Assembly: GCA_019704295.1 (NCBI GenBank) | Contig: AP024596.1 | Location: 480,001 to 544,000, forward strand | From: Sulfolobales archaeon HS-7 | Lineage (GTDB): Archaea; Thermoproteota; Thermoprotei_A; Sulfolobales; Sulfolobaceae | Direction of reading: 5' to 3' | Length of the DNA: 64,000 nt | Part shown: positions 22,053 to 32,099 of the stretch, one piece after another | How the letters are laid out: the number at the start of each line of letters is the position of its first letter | Position numbering within the stretch: position 1 is the stretch's first letter | Notes under the pieces: model-generated | Told to the model about the DNA's origin: nothing | Seen by the model: the letters and a program-made list of their open reading frames with translations, nothing else | Database searches by the model: none | Program-made: the position numbers and the translations under genes

Positions 22053-23192
22053 ATGTTATTCAAAAACTTATTGATGAATTTCTTAACGATTGTAATGCTG
22101 ATTGGTATTAGCGCGTGGACGCCTTACTCCTTTCTAGTTACAATAGGTGCCATTATCTCTCCGTTCTATAGAACCAAAAAAGGGGAGAAAAAGGCTACTA
22201 ACGTGGAGTTTGTTATAATAACAATCGCATCAAGGAAAGTTAAAAACTCGCTAACGGAAACACTTAGAATGATAGAGAGATATTATCTAGAAGGCTATAA
22301 AATCTGGGTAGTTATTGAGGAAAAAGCGGAATTAAGTGATGAGCTTAGTAAAATGAAATGGATTAATTTGGTCAAAGTGCCTAACGAATATAAAAAGAAT
22401 TTAAAAGGTAAAGGTAGAGCACTTGCGTATTTTACCAGGTTTTATAGTACTCCAGATAAGTGGTACGCATTTTTGGACGACGATAACGTTATTCTTAACG
22501 ATGATTTCCTTTATGAAATACCTATTTATGAGAAAAAAGGATATCAAATAGCAAATCCGATTTTAGTTCCTCGGAAAGGTAAGAACGGAATTACGTATAT
22601 TCTTGATCACTTAAGACTTTTTGACGATCTTACGATAAGTAGGCTCTTCACGGGTGTAGTAGGAAAGCCTTTATTCAACTTCCACGGTGAACTCCTGTTG
22701 GCTAAGGGATCCCTACTGCAACAACTCGTCGAGGTAGTGGATAAGACCATAGCAGAGGATTTCGCATTAGCCCTTAAATCATTGACATCGAACGTTAGAT
22801 CGTGGCAGTCGAGAACCAGAGTAAGTATAAAGTCGCCTAATAGCATACGGGATTTGATTGGTCAGAGGGGAAGATGGTATAAGGGTATTGTCCAGAATTT
22901 TTCTCAACTCTCATCCATATTCTCTTTAATTACTGCACTCGCTATTTTGACATGGAAAATAGGAATGATACTAGGGATTGTACTTTTTCCCTTAATGATC
23001 ATAGAGAGAAATCCTTTACTTCTTACCATATTACCTGGCATTATATACACATGGTCTGCATATCTTTATGGGAGCCTCAGATATGAAAGACCCGTGTTTA
23101 TATTAGGTATACTTTTTTATCCGATACTTGAGAGTGTAGCTGTTTTTGGGATGATGGTTACGAATAAATTCTACGTAATTGACAAAACTTGA
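22053..23192 (+). CDS. Membrane-bound family 2 glycosyltransferase
   Basis: KGRAL, FLDDD (DxD), AED, QRGRW (QxxRW); N- and C-terminal TM helices. Confidence 0.85.
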   Translation: MLFKNLLMNFLTIVMLIGISAWTPYSFLVTIGAIISPFYRTKKGEKKATNVEFVIITIASRKVKNSLTETLRMIERYYLEGYKIWVVIEEKAELSDELSKMKWINLVKVPNEYKKNLKGKGRALAYFTRFYSTPDKWYAFLDDDNVILNDDFLYEIPIYEKKGYQIANPILVPRKGKNGITYILDHLRLFDDLTISRLFTGVVGKPLFNFHGELLLAKGSLLQQLVEVVDKTIAEDFALALKSLTSNVRSWQSRTRVSIKSPNSIRDLIGQRGRWYKGIVQNFSQLSSIFSLITALAILTWKIGMILGIVLFPLMIIERNPLLLTILPGIIYTWSAYLYGSLRYERPVFILGILFYPILESVAVFGMMVTNKFYVIDKT

Positions 23193-23329
23193 ACGTATTG
23201 ATGAGTAGTCAAATCTACGAACAGTAAACTTAGATCGATTTTAAGAAAGAGTTACCTTCGAGGAATTCTTCTCACTACGGTTAAGGATATCGTAAAAAGT
23301 TTTTTTACATTTTCTGTAAATAAGGCGAT

Positions 23330-24115
23330 ATGGCAAATGTAGACGGCGTTGATAAGCATATACTGATGTCGTTATTTTACAATGGAAGATTATCGCAGAG
23401 AGCGATAGCCACTAAACTAAAGGCAAACCCCCCTTCAATCAATTACAGGTTTAGTAAACTCGAATCAGATAAAATCTTATTGGGATATGACCTCTACGTC
23501 AATCCGAACAGTCTCGGAAAATATCATGCATTTATAGCTCTTTCTAATACTGAGAACATTAAGGAATTTTACACAGCCTTTAGGTGCCTTGAAGAGATAA
23601 ACCTCTATCAAATAATAGTTAGTAATGAATCTTACCTTTCTGAATTAATTGAGAGATATAAGCCCTTGATGTCTTACATTCCAAGGCAAGATATAAAGCC
23701 GCTTTTATCCTTCGATAAAAGAATAATACAAACATTGGTGAATAATCCTAGACTTGATATTCATGAGATATCTCAGAAATTTAAGACCTCTAGCAGGACA
23801 ATAAAAAGACACCTAGAATTCTTGCAGAAAAACGATATAGTGAAAGTAATACCAAGGGTTAATCTAGATGAAGCTGGACTAGTAATGGGAATAATATTTT
23901 CTAGGAACGGCTCACAAATAGGTCCTGTAGTCTCCCATTACTCCTTCTTTAATATTGATAATGAAAAAGATTCTTTATATATTTTTGTAGCCGACAACCT
24001 TTCAAGAGCTAAGCAAATAATTAGTAAGGCAAGGCAAATTGACCCAGAGACTAAAGTCATGATAGTATATGAGTATGAAGTTAACAGCGCTTTAATTAGT
24101 GAACTTTTACTTTAA
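23330..24115 (+). CDS. Transcriptional regulator with two Lrp/AsnC-type HTH domains
   Basis: VDKHIL…NGRLSQRAIA…INYRFSKL and FDKRIIQTLVNNPRLDIHEIS…TIKRHLEFL. Confidence 0.8.
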   Translation: MANVDGVDKHILMSLFYNGRLSQRAIATKLKANPPSINYRFSKLESDKILLGYDLYVNPNSLGKYHAFIALSNTENIKEFYTAFRCLEEINLYQIIVSNESYLSELIERYKPLMSYIPRQDIKPLLSFDKRIIQTLVNNPRLDIHEISQKFKTSSRTIKRHLEFLQKNDIVKVIPRVNLDEAGLVMGIIFSRNGSQIGPVVSHYSFFNIDNEKDSLYIFVADNLSRAKQIISKARQIDPETKVMIVYEYEVNSALISELLL

Positions 24116-24135
24116 TTACATAGGAGGGGATTTAC

Positions 24136-24396
24136 CTAGCAATTGGACGAGGATGAGTTTTTCTTCGTGCTTCTTCTTTTGATTACTATATGGTAAACGT
24201 TCCCTTTCTTCTCTGCACTGGTTAACTCCTGTTCTAAAGTCTTAACTCCCTCAACAATCATATCATAACATTTCTGATCAGATGTAATCACCTCTAACGT
24301 ATCCCCTTCTTTCATCTTAGTTAGCGTTGCCATTGCCTTAATAAAGGGGATCGGGCATTCCTCAGACGTCAAGTCCATAACCTTTGACAAAATCAC
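24136..24396 (-). CDS. TusA/SirA-family sulfur carrier protein
   Basis: [10 protein letters not shown] (CPxP), [10 protein letters not shown]; GTG start overlaps the stop of the SelD-like gene. Confidence 0.88.
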   Translation of the reverse strand: MILSKVMDLTSEECPIPFIKAMATLTKMKEGDTLEVITSDQKCYDMIVEGVKTLEQELTSAEKKGNVYHIVIKRRSTKKNSSSSNC

Positions 24397-25781
24397 ACCA
24401 CCTCAAACTGTCCAAGTATATTTTTCCTAACTATTAGTTCTGCTATATCCTGAGGCGCGATGACTTTTCCTTCGCTTTTCGATACTACTTCACCAATAAT
24501 TGAGGGTTGACCTCCAGCCTTATGAATTCTCTCAGCTACCTCATCAATTACATGTCCTTTAGCGAAAATCACTATTCCCCCATTCGTACCAGCTGTGGAA
24601 TTGGGTATAACGAAGTTTTCTGTCGAGAACTTGCAGATTCCCTTATCAATTACAGGGATCTCATCCAACCTTATGGTTACTCCTGCCTTATCGGCGAACT
24701 CCTTTACTACGAAGACTCCAGGCCCTGATACATCTGTTGTCATAGCTATGTGTTCGTTGGGATCGAAGGTCTTTCCAAACTCAGGTAAATGTTCGTAAAT
24801 CACCTTAGCAACGTCGAAGTTAGGCTTTGCCATAAGTTCTATAGCTTCATGCTTTATCTTACTCACGTAACCAACTGATATTCCCGTCTTCTCTAGATCC
24901 TCAATCATATCTGGATTTATCATAAGCCACATATAGAGGTTGATAGGAGTTAATTCCCCCATAGGTCTTGTTACTAATATTTTCATTCCTGGTTCAACAT
25001 CACCATAAAAGGTGGGTAGTTCGTGATCTGTCTCACCTATTACCGTAGCCCCCTGCATAAACGTACCAGTAGTCGGCTGAATCTCATCGACTAATTCGAC
25101 TTTATACTCTTGAGAGTACTTTACGAAGTTATTTCGTATACTCTCTGTAACCTTAAGGTCGGGAGAATCGTAAACTGGTATGATCTTTATGTTCTTAAAG
25201 GTGCCCTTTGCGAATAAGTCGTTTAACGAATTGGAAATAGCCACTTGGGTATGCGTATAAGAAGTAGGTTCCTCCACTGGGTCAATTATTTGAATTGTAT
25301 CGTTGTTAGTTAGTGTATACGATTTCCTAGTATTACCCTTTAGTCTAATAGCATCGATTACTGCAACTTCTCCATTCGGATTAGACGTAATTATCGAATG
25401 CCCCTTACCAATTATCAGTTTATGGGATGTTTTTATTGATAAATATGTTTTTAGAAGGAATTGAGAAAATAGTTCTGGATCCCCCCCAGTTTTCTGATTA
25501 ACCTGAATTAGCGAAACTGCTCTGTCTGCGTCAAAGTTACCCCCATTAATAAGCCGTTTAATCTCAAAATCCTGCGAGATGAATATGTCTGCGTCTTCGC
25601 GAGGGGAAATCTCTATATTGTTAGCGAGCAATACTTCCTTTATTTTCTTGATTGCGGGATATACTATATCGATCAAGTCAACCTTTACTGCACACCCAGT
25701 AGCTAATGATAGCGGATTAATGCCCATAGATTTGTATTTGTTAACTCCCTCCATGAACTTCCTTTGTTCGTCCTCATACAT
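24393..25781 (-). CDS. SelD-like (selenophosphate synthetase-related, PurM fold) putative sulfur metabolism protein
   Basis: ATGCAVK (CxxK), [34 protein letters not shown]. Confidence 0.85.
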   Translation of the reverse strand: MYEDEQRKFMEGVNKYKSMGINPLSLATGCAVKVDLIDIVYPAIKKIKEVLLANNIEISPREDADIFISQDFEIKRLINGGNFDADRAVSLIQVNQKTGGDPELFSQFLLKTYLSIKTSHKLIIGKGHSIITSNPNGEVAVIDAIRLKGNTRKSYTLTNNDTIQIIDPVEEPTSYTHTQVAISNSLNDLFAKGTFKNIKIIPVYDSPDLKVTESIRNNFVKYSQEYKVELVDEIQPTTGTFMQGATVIGETDHELPTFYGDVEPGMKILVTRPMGELTPINLYMWLMINPDMIEDLEKTGISVGYVSKIKHEAIELMAKPNFDVAKVIYEHLPEFGKTFDPNEHIAMTTDVSGPGVFVVKEFADKAGVTIRLDEIPVIDKGICKFSTENFVIPNSTAGTNGGIVIFAKGHVIDEVAERIHKAGGQPSIIGEVVSKSEGKVIAPQDIAELIVRKNILGQFEVV

Positions 25782-25838
25782 AAGTAATAAGAATGAAAAT
25801 GCTAATTTAAAAGTAACTAAGGTTGAAAATAATCTGAT

Positions 25839-27125
25839 TTATAAACTTCCGTTTTTATTTAAAGATTTAAAGATATAAGAAGATATAAGTAAAAGTGCCC
25901 CAGCTAGCCCGAAATCGACATCAAATCCTATATAATGAGATATATATCCCGATAAAAGTGAACCCATTAGTTGGGCAATCCCTACCATAGTGCTGTATAC
26001 ACCTAATCCAGTACCCTGCCTCCTTTCTCCAACTACCTTAAATACTAAAGTCGTTGAGGAAATATAGTATATTGCGTATGCGACTCCAGCCGCGAGAGGA
26101 TACATAACAAGGCTAATTCCAATGAGATATGCTCCCACGAGAAACGCCGACGTAATACCTATTCCAATATATGTGATCCCTCTTAATATCAGCGATAAAT
26201 AGGAAGATAAATGTTCACCTATTTTTTTCACTACGTCTCCAGCTTTCATGAACGATATAGTCTGTACTATCATTCCGACCGTTATAACTACCATTACGTC
26301 TAACTCGCTTATGCCGCTCCTATAGAGAGCTACTGGGAACTGCGTATTAAAAAGTCCGCTAGATATGTAGAAAATGAATATTGCCAAATAGAGCAAAGGA
26401 ACGTAATTTATTAAGCCGTTCCTAAGTCTTGACAACGAGAATAACTTGAAATGATTAAGATTAGGAAAATGAAGAAAGATTAAAGGATGCATCTTCAGCC
26501 TGGTTATAAAAGAGTCCTTATGATGAACCATTGCAGTCCTTTCTATTATAGAATGAGTATTCGGAACTAACTTCAATGATGCGAGGAAAGATATAACCTC
26601 AATAAATCCTAATACTTCGATAACCTCGAATATATGAAAGATAGGTGTTATTACTGAGGAAAAAACATATCCTACGACACCGCCTATGGAAGACAACATA
26701 GAAAGGGTTGAGAATTCGGTCGCCCAATCCTTCTTCGGAACGGATTCCATAAGTAGAAGGTTGATCGGGGTATTGTAACCTACATTACAAAAAACAACAA
26801 ATGAGTACAAAATTGAAATTTCCGGTATACTCTTAAATAGAGGGAAGAGAAGTAAACCTAGCGAAGTAGTTCCAAAGCTCACCACCACTAGTAATTTCCT
26901 GTTGAACCTATCAGCTGCCTTTCCCCATATATAGGACGCTGGTATTAAAATTAGGTTTCCAAGAGTAATTACATTACCGACGTCAATAGCGTTTCCCCCT
27001 AGTGAAAGTATATCTAATGTAACCAAAGTTGATATTGGAGCCAATGCCATGTTTACTGGGAGCGTTATCCACATCCAGCTTCTTTTAACACTAATCATGA
27101 ACTGTTTCTCCTTTAACTGATTCAA
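25839..27125 (-). CDS. MFS transporter (start may be the ATG at 27098)
   Basis: WGKAADRFNRK motif A; 12-TM pattern; GGAGA SD before 27098. Confidence 0.88.
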   Translation of the reverse strand: MNQLKEKQFMISVKRSWMWITLPVNMALAPISTLVTLDILSLGGNAIDVGNVITLGNLILIPASYIWGKAADRFNRKLLVVVSFGTTSLGLLLFPLFKSIPEISILYSFVVFCNVGYNTPINLLLMESVPKKDWATEFSTLSMLSSIGGVVGYVFSSVITPIFHIFEVIEVLGFIEVISFLASLKLVPNTHSIIERTAMVHHKDSFITRLKMHPLIFLHFPNLNHFKLFSLSRLRNGLINYVPLLYLAIFIFYISSGLFNTQFPVALYRSGISELDVMVVITVGMIVQTISFMKAGDVVKKIGEHLSSYLSLILRGITYIGIGITSAFLVGAYLIGISLVMYPLAAGVAYAIYYISSTTLVFKVVGERRQGTGLGVYSTMVGIAQLMGSLLSGYISHYIGFDVDFGLAGALLLISSYIFKSLNKNGSL

Positions 27126-27497
27126 CCTAAGTTTTGATTTAAAATATTACCCCAATGTAGTCTAAGACTACTTATATCACCGCACTTAAGGACAGTAGCG
27201 AGATGCTATCCAAAAGCTGCTTGAATACAGTACTCACGAATATTTAGAAGTCCAGCACGTAGCTAGATCTTCATGTAAAATACGTCTTAAGTTATGCTTT
27301 ACTACCTGCTCCCTTAACATTAAATTGACAAACCTAGGATTTCCATAAAGTTGCCTTTCATCAAGATAACGTAGACAGTAAAGGATGTGATGAAATCTGT
27401 TTGAAATGTTAGGATTAGTAGCAAACAAATTAGTAATGTAATATATTCCATATTAATCTCGATAATTTTATATAACTAGTTGTGAATTAAAAGTTTA

Positions 27498-28661
27498 ATG
27501 AAGGTTATAGTTCTAGGCGCTGACGGTTACTTAGGTTGGCCGCTAGCGTTAAGGCTTTCAGCTAGAGGTCACGAAGTAGTAGGAGTTGATAACTTATTTA
27601 CAAGGACAACCGTTGAGAATAGTGGAAGCAGTAGCGCTATACCCATACCACCCCCAGAAAGTAGAATTGAAGCAGCAAGAAACATACATGGTTTTGATAT
27701 TAAGTTTATAAAGGAAGATATAACAAAGCCTGGTTTCCTTAGAGAGTTAATAGAGAAGGAGAAACCAGATGCTGTAGTTGATTTCGCAGAGCAGAGAAGT
27801 GCTCCCTATTCAATGAAAGGGGAGAACGAGAAAGTCCATACAATAGTGAATAACTTAGTGGGCACAATAAGGCTAATAGAAGCTGTAAAGTCGGTAGATC
27901 CATCGATTCACATATTGAAAATGGGTACGATGGGGGAATACGGTACTCCGAACTTCGATATTCCAGAATCACCTTTTGTTCAAGCGATAATAGGTGGAAA
28001 ACAGGACAGGATCATAACTCCGAAAAAAGCAGGTTCAATTTATCACTATTCAAAAGTATTTGATACGTACATATTCCTATTTGAGAATGAGGTATCTAAT
28101 ATAACGGCAACAGACATAATGCAGGGTCCTGTTTATGGAACCAGAACTTCTGAAATAATTCACGAATCTCTTCACACTAGGTTTGACTTTGATGAGACTT
28201 GGGGGACTGTTGTTAACAGATTCTGTGTGGAGGCAGTAATAGGAACTCCACTTACTCCTTACGGTAAGGGAGGTCAGACTAGAGGATTTCTATCCCTAGA
28301 GGACAGTATGGAAGCATTAACTTTACTCCTGGAGAATCCTCCCAAACCTGGAGAATATAGAGTCGCAAACCAGTTCACGGAAATATATAGTATAAGGCAG
28401 ATAGCAGATATGGTAAAGAACGCAGCCGAAGCATTAGGTTTAAAGGTGAGTATTCAACAAGTCGAAAATCCAAGGATAGAAGCTGAACAACATTACTACA
28501 ACCCCGAAATAAAACTTCTACCCTCTTTGGGATTTAAGCCTAAAAGGAGAATGGAAGACGAACTAAAAAGTATGATTAAAGACTTACTGCCGTATAAAGA
28601 AAGGATCTCTCAATACTCACATGTAATCCTTCCTAAAACGAAGTGGAGAACTAAGAGATAA
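27498..28661 (+). CDS. agl3: UDP-sulfoquinovose synthase (SqdB/Agl3)
   Basis: GADGYLG, FAEQRSAPYSM, GTMGEYGTP, YHYSK, DIMQGPVYG, YGKGGQTRG, NPRIEAEQHYY. Confidence 0.9.
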   Translation: MKVIVLGADGYLGWPLALRLSARGHEVVGVDNLFTRTTVENSGSSSAIPIPPPESRIEAARNIHGFDIKFIKEDITKPGFLRELIEKEKPDAVVDFAEQRSAPYSMKGENEKVHTIVNNLVGTIRLIEAVKSVDPSIHILKMGTMGEYGTPNFDIPESPFVQAIIGGKQDRIITPKKAGSIYHYSKVFDTYIFLFENEVSNITATDIMQGPVYGTRTSEIIHESLHTRFDFDETWGTVVNRFCVEAVIGTPLTPYGKGGQTRGFLSLEDSMEALTLLLENPPKPGEYRVANQFTEIYSIRQIADMVKNAAEALGLKVSIQQVENPRIEAEQHYYNPEIKLLPSLGFKPKRRMEDELKSMIKDLLPYKERISQYSHVILPKTKWRTKR

Positions 28662-29103
28662 GAGGATAACTAACTACACTGCCGTATAAGTCCCTTACAA
28701 CTATAGGAAACTTCACTTTTTCAATCAATGCTTTAATTAATGGGTACATTGTGGGCGTCATAGGTAGCCTAATTGCCTCCGATAATGGGAAAAACCTTAC
28801 CTCTTTAGCATCGCTGGAGGCTGATGCTTCTCCATTTACTACGGAAGATACGTAATCGAAAATAACATAGTGATAATTTTCTCTGACTGCTTCTACGATC
28901 GCTGCCAGTTTCTCTATCTTTACGTTAAGATTAGTTTCCTCGCTAACTTCCCTTTTAACTGCCTGTTCAATTGACTCACCGAACTTGACTTTACCGCCAG
29001 GAACGGCCCACATTCCCTTATTGGGCTCGTGACCCCTCTTAATTAACAGTATTTTATCCTCTCGTAGTATTATTCCGCCTACTGCTACTAAAGGAATATT
29101 CAT
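28651..29103 (-). CDS. Nudix hydrolase (ADP-ribose pyrophosphatase-like)
   Basis: Nudix box PGGKVKFGESIEQAVKREVSEETNL. Confidence 0.92.
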   Translation of the reverse strand: MNIPLVAVGGIILREDKILLIKRGHEPNKGMWAVPGGKVKFGESIEQAVKREVSEETNLNVKIEKLAAIVEAVRENYHYVIFDYVSSVVNGEASASSDAKEVRFFPLSEAIRLPMTPTMYPLIKALIEKVKFPIVVRDLYGSVVSYPLIS

Positions 29104-29280
29104 TATAATAATCTTGTTAGGGTAGGTATAAGTATGTAACCCATTTAAAAAAGTTAGATTTCGTAATACCTCGCTGCTAACCCTCGGATCACGATAAGAG
29201 TACTTTATATTCTAATATGCTAGTTTAGGAGGTTATGCGTTATATTACTAATACTACAGAAGTAAGAATATAGGGTAAAA

Positions 29281-30762
29281 TTGAAGCTAACAAGCTTTTA
29301 TGTTAGTAACTTCAAGGGATTGAGAGAGGCCAAGTTTGATAACCTAAATGGTATTAATGTAATCGTTGGATACAATGGATACGGGAAGACTAATGTGTTG
29401 TCTGCGATTTACATGTTCTTAAAGAATATGGAACTGGGGTTAGATAAGAAGGCGATGGACGACCCCAATCAAGAGTATATACTTTGGTGGAAAGATTACG
29501 ATATATCTAAACCGATAATCATGAGCGGGAAACTCTTATTTCCTGCTGGAGAGGCTCAGCGAATAGCGGATACACAGAGGGACATTTCGCTCGACGTGAG
29601 TATGGAGTTAACGTATTCAAAAAATCAGGTGAGCTGGAAGACCAGGGATTTTCTGATAAACGGACGCTCACCTTCAGGTGAGGACATACAAGACATCAGG
29701 AAATTTCTAGCGTATGTAAAGGAAAATGTGGATTACATACCTATATTTGACCAAAACTTCTTCGAGCAAACTTTACGAAAGATGGCTGAGATGAACAGAT
29801 CTCCTATAAATCTTCGAAAGTATTGGTATGATTTCGTAAACTTAACGAGTAAGGTCATTCCCGAGATTAAGGGTTTGGAATTCTGGGAGTTTAAGAAGCT
29901 CGTATTGAACGTGTATAATACTCCCATTTACATCGATATAGTTGCGAGCGGGTTCCAAAAGGTAGTGCTTATGCTGTTCGTGTTATGGCTAAGCGCAAAT
30001 AAGATTCTCTTAATCGAAGAACCGGAAGTAAATATGCACCCGCTCCTTCAAATAAAGGTCTCTAAGTTAATAAGGAAGTGGGCAGATGAAGATGTCTTCC
30101 AGGTGTTTCTTACAACTCATTCCCCATACTTTACTAGTCAGGATATTAGAAAGTTTATTATAATGAGGAGGAATGGAACTTATGGGACAGCCCACTCCCT
30201 TGATATAACGGATGAACTTAAGCTGACCATGTCAATGCTTGGAATCTCCCTGAGCGACTTACTTTTTTCGCGAACTATTATTTTAACTGGAGAACAGTTG
30301 GAACCACCGCTAGTTAATGCATGGCTATACAAAATTTCCGTCGATCCAGAGGAATTAGGAATTAAGGTATTTAAGGTAAGGGGAGATATAGATTTACAAT
30401 TATGGCTGAAAATTAAGGACACAGTCCCTCTGCGAATAATGTTCCTAGGACTTTGTGAGAAGTTAAATGATAACAATAGAGACAGTTGTGTATCCTTTAA
30501 TAAAGATGTGGAGACGTTCTACGACAGAAACGTTATCATTAACATTCTGAAAGAAATGGGAATATATCCAGATGATAAGGAAATGAGAGAACTAGGAAAG
30601 GATGATATATCAAAGTGGATATTAGGCGTCATGAAGCGCAGAGGGTACGAATATTCTTGGTACAGGGAGAATGTAAGTAGAATTATTGCCGAGATGGATA
30701 ATGTAGAAGTACCTCGGGAGATCGAAGTACTCGCAAATAAAATAAAAAGTGTTGAGGTTTAA
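29281..30762 (+). CDS. ABC/Rad50-type ATPase, OLD-family-like, with degenerate TOPRIM-like C-terminal domain
   Basis: NFKGL, Walker [15 protein letters not shown] signature, Walker [13 protein letters not shown]-loop TTHSP. Confidence 0.8.
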   Translation: MKLTSFYVSNFKGLREAKFDNLNGINVIVGYNGYGKTNVLSAIYMFLKNMELGLDKKAMDDPNQEYILWWKDYDISKPIIMSGKLLFPAGEAQRIADTQRDISLDVSMELTYSKNQVSWKTRDFLINGRSPSGEDIQDIRKFLAYVKENVDYIPIFDQNFFEQTLRKMAEMNRSPINLRKYWYDFVNLTSKVIPEIKGLEFWEFKKLVLNVYNTPIYIDIVASGFQKVVLMLFVLWLSANKILLIEEPEVNMHPLLQIKVSKLIRKWADEDVFQVFLTTHSPYFTSQDIRKFIIMRRNGTYGTAHSLDITDELKLTMSMLGISLSDLLFSRTIILTGEQLEPPLVNAWLYKISVDPEELGIKVFKVRGDIDLQLWLKIKDTVPLRIMFLGLCEKLNDNNRDSCVSFNKDVETFYDRNVIINILKEMGIYPDDKEMRELGKDDISKWILGVMKRRGYEYSWYRENVSRIIAEMDNVEVPREIEVLANKIKSVEV

Positions 30763-32024
30763 TTTCCTCCTCTAGCTTTCATTGCCTTAATGACTCTTTC
30801 AACTGCTATTGCCATTGCTGAAGTTCTGAAGTCCTGATCTCCCAGTTTGTTATACTCCTTATACATTTCATCAAACGCCTTTTCCATCCTCGATATTATT
30901 AACTTTTTCGCTTCATCCTCTTCCATTATTTGACCCATTCTATTGTTTGCCCATTCAATATAAGAGCCTACTACTCCCCCTGAATTAGCCAAGATGTCTG
31001 GAATTACAGGTACTCCCCTTTGTTTCATAACATCGTCCGCGTCTGCAGTTAACGGACCGTTAGCTCCTTCTACAATAAGCTTAGCTTTAACTTTAGGTGC
31101 ATTATACTTAGTTATTACGTTTTCTATCGCCCCTGGTATTAGTATGTCGCAATCCTGAATTAATAGCTCATCGTTAGTCATTTTTTTAGCATCGGGATAC
31201 TCCGACACGCTTCCGTTTTTATCCTTATACTCCTTTACTTTTTGTACGTCTATTCCGTTAGGATTATATATAGCTCCTTTTGAATCGCTAATTCCTGTTA
31301 TTTTCGCACCCATTTGTGATAAGAATACTGCAGCGTAGTATGATAAATTACCAAATCCCTGTATCACTACTGTCTTGTCATTGAGTCCGTCTAAAAGCTT
31401 CTCCGAAGCCCTTTTCGTAATAGTAGCTACACCTAGCCCAGTACTGTATTCCCTAACTGCAAGTCCTCCTAGATCTATTGGTTTACCAGTGAATGAGGCA
31501 AAGTCTATTTTCCCCGTGGTCTTTATGTACTGATCCACGAACCACGCCATTACTTGGGAGTCGGTATTGACGTCGGGTGCAGGGATGTCAATTTCACTTC
31601 CCACGTATTTATTTATACTCTCAACGTATTTTCTGGAAACTTCTTCTAATTCCCTCTTTGATAGCTTTCTAGGTTCTAATTTAATTCCACCCTTTCCACC
31701 ACCATATGGAAGCAATAGTAACGAGTTCTTCCACGTCATTATCATTGAAAGGGCTATTACTTCATCCTGCGTTACGTTAGGATGATATCTTACTCCTCCC
31801 TTATATGGACCCAGTGCACTATTATGTTGAGATCTCCAACCGAGAAAAGTCTTTATTTTCCCATCGTCTCCCTTAATAGAGATTTTTACCTGTAAGACTC
31901 TTTCAGGTATAGACAGGGATTCTAAAACATCTTGTGGTAAACCTAATACGTTCCCTACGTGGTATAGTTTCTTTAACTGCTGTGCATAGAGACTTGAGGA
32001 CAAAACCTCCTGAACTTCTATCAT
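30759..32024 (-). CDS. gdhA: Glutamate dehydrogenase
   Basis: [47 protein letters not shown]. Confidence 0.95.
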   Translation of the reverse strand: MIEVQEVLSSSLYAQQLKKLYHVGNVLGLPQDVLESLSIPERVLQVKISIKGDDGKIKTFLGWRSQHNSALGPYKGGVRYHPNVTQDEVIALSMIMTWKNSLLLLPYGGGKGGIKLEPRKLSKRELEEVSRKYVESINKYVGSEIDIPAPDVNTDSQVMAWFVDQYIKTTGKIDFASFTGKPIDLGGLAVREYSTGLGVATITKRASEKLLDGLNDKTVVIQGFGNLSYYAAVFLSQMGAKITGISDSKGAIYNPNGIDVQKVKEYKDKNGSVSEYPDAKKMTNDELLIQDCDILIPGAIENVITKYNAPKVKAKLIVEGANGPLTADADDVMKQRGVPVIPDILANSGGVVGSYIEWANNRMGQIMEEDEAKKLIISRMEKAFDEMYKEYNKLGDQDFRTSAMAIAVERVIKAMKARGGN

Positions 32025-32099
32025 GTTGTCCCATTTGGAATATAACTATAAAAATTTAAATTCTACAGTCAACTCTTTCAATTGTGTTTATATCCTTTT

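Noticed and set aside
24393-25781. Selenocysteine recoding / selenium utilisation locus
   Set aside because: Active-site residue is a TGT Cys; no in-frame TGA, SECIS or sel genes were seen
27181-27430. 64-aa ORF 27234-27428 / possible decayed membrane-protein fragment
   Set aside because: TTG start, no motif and no coherent frame; cannot be supported without a search
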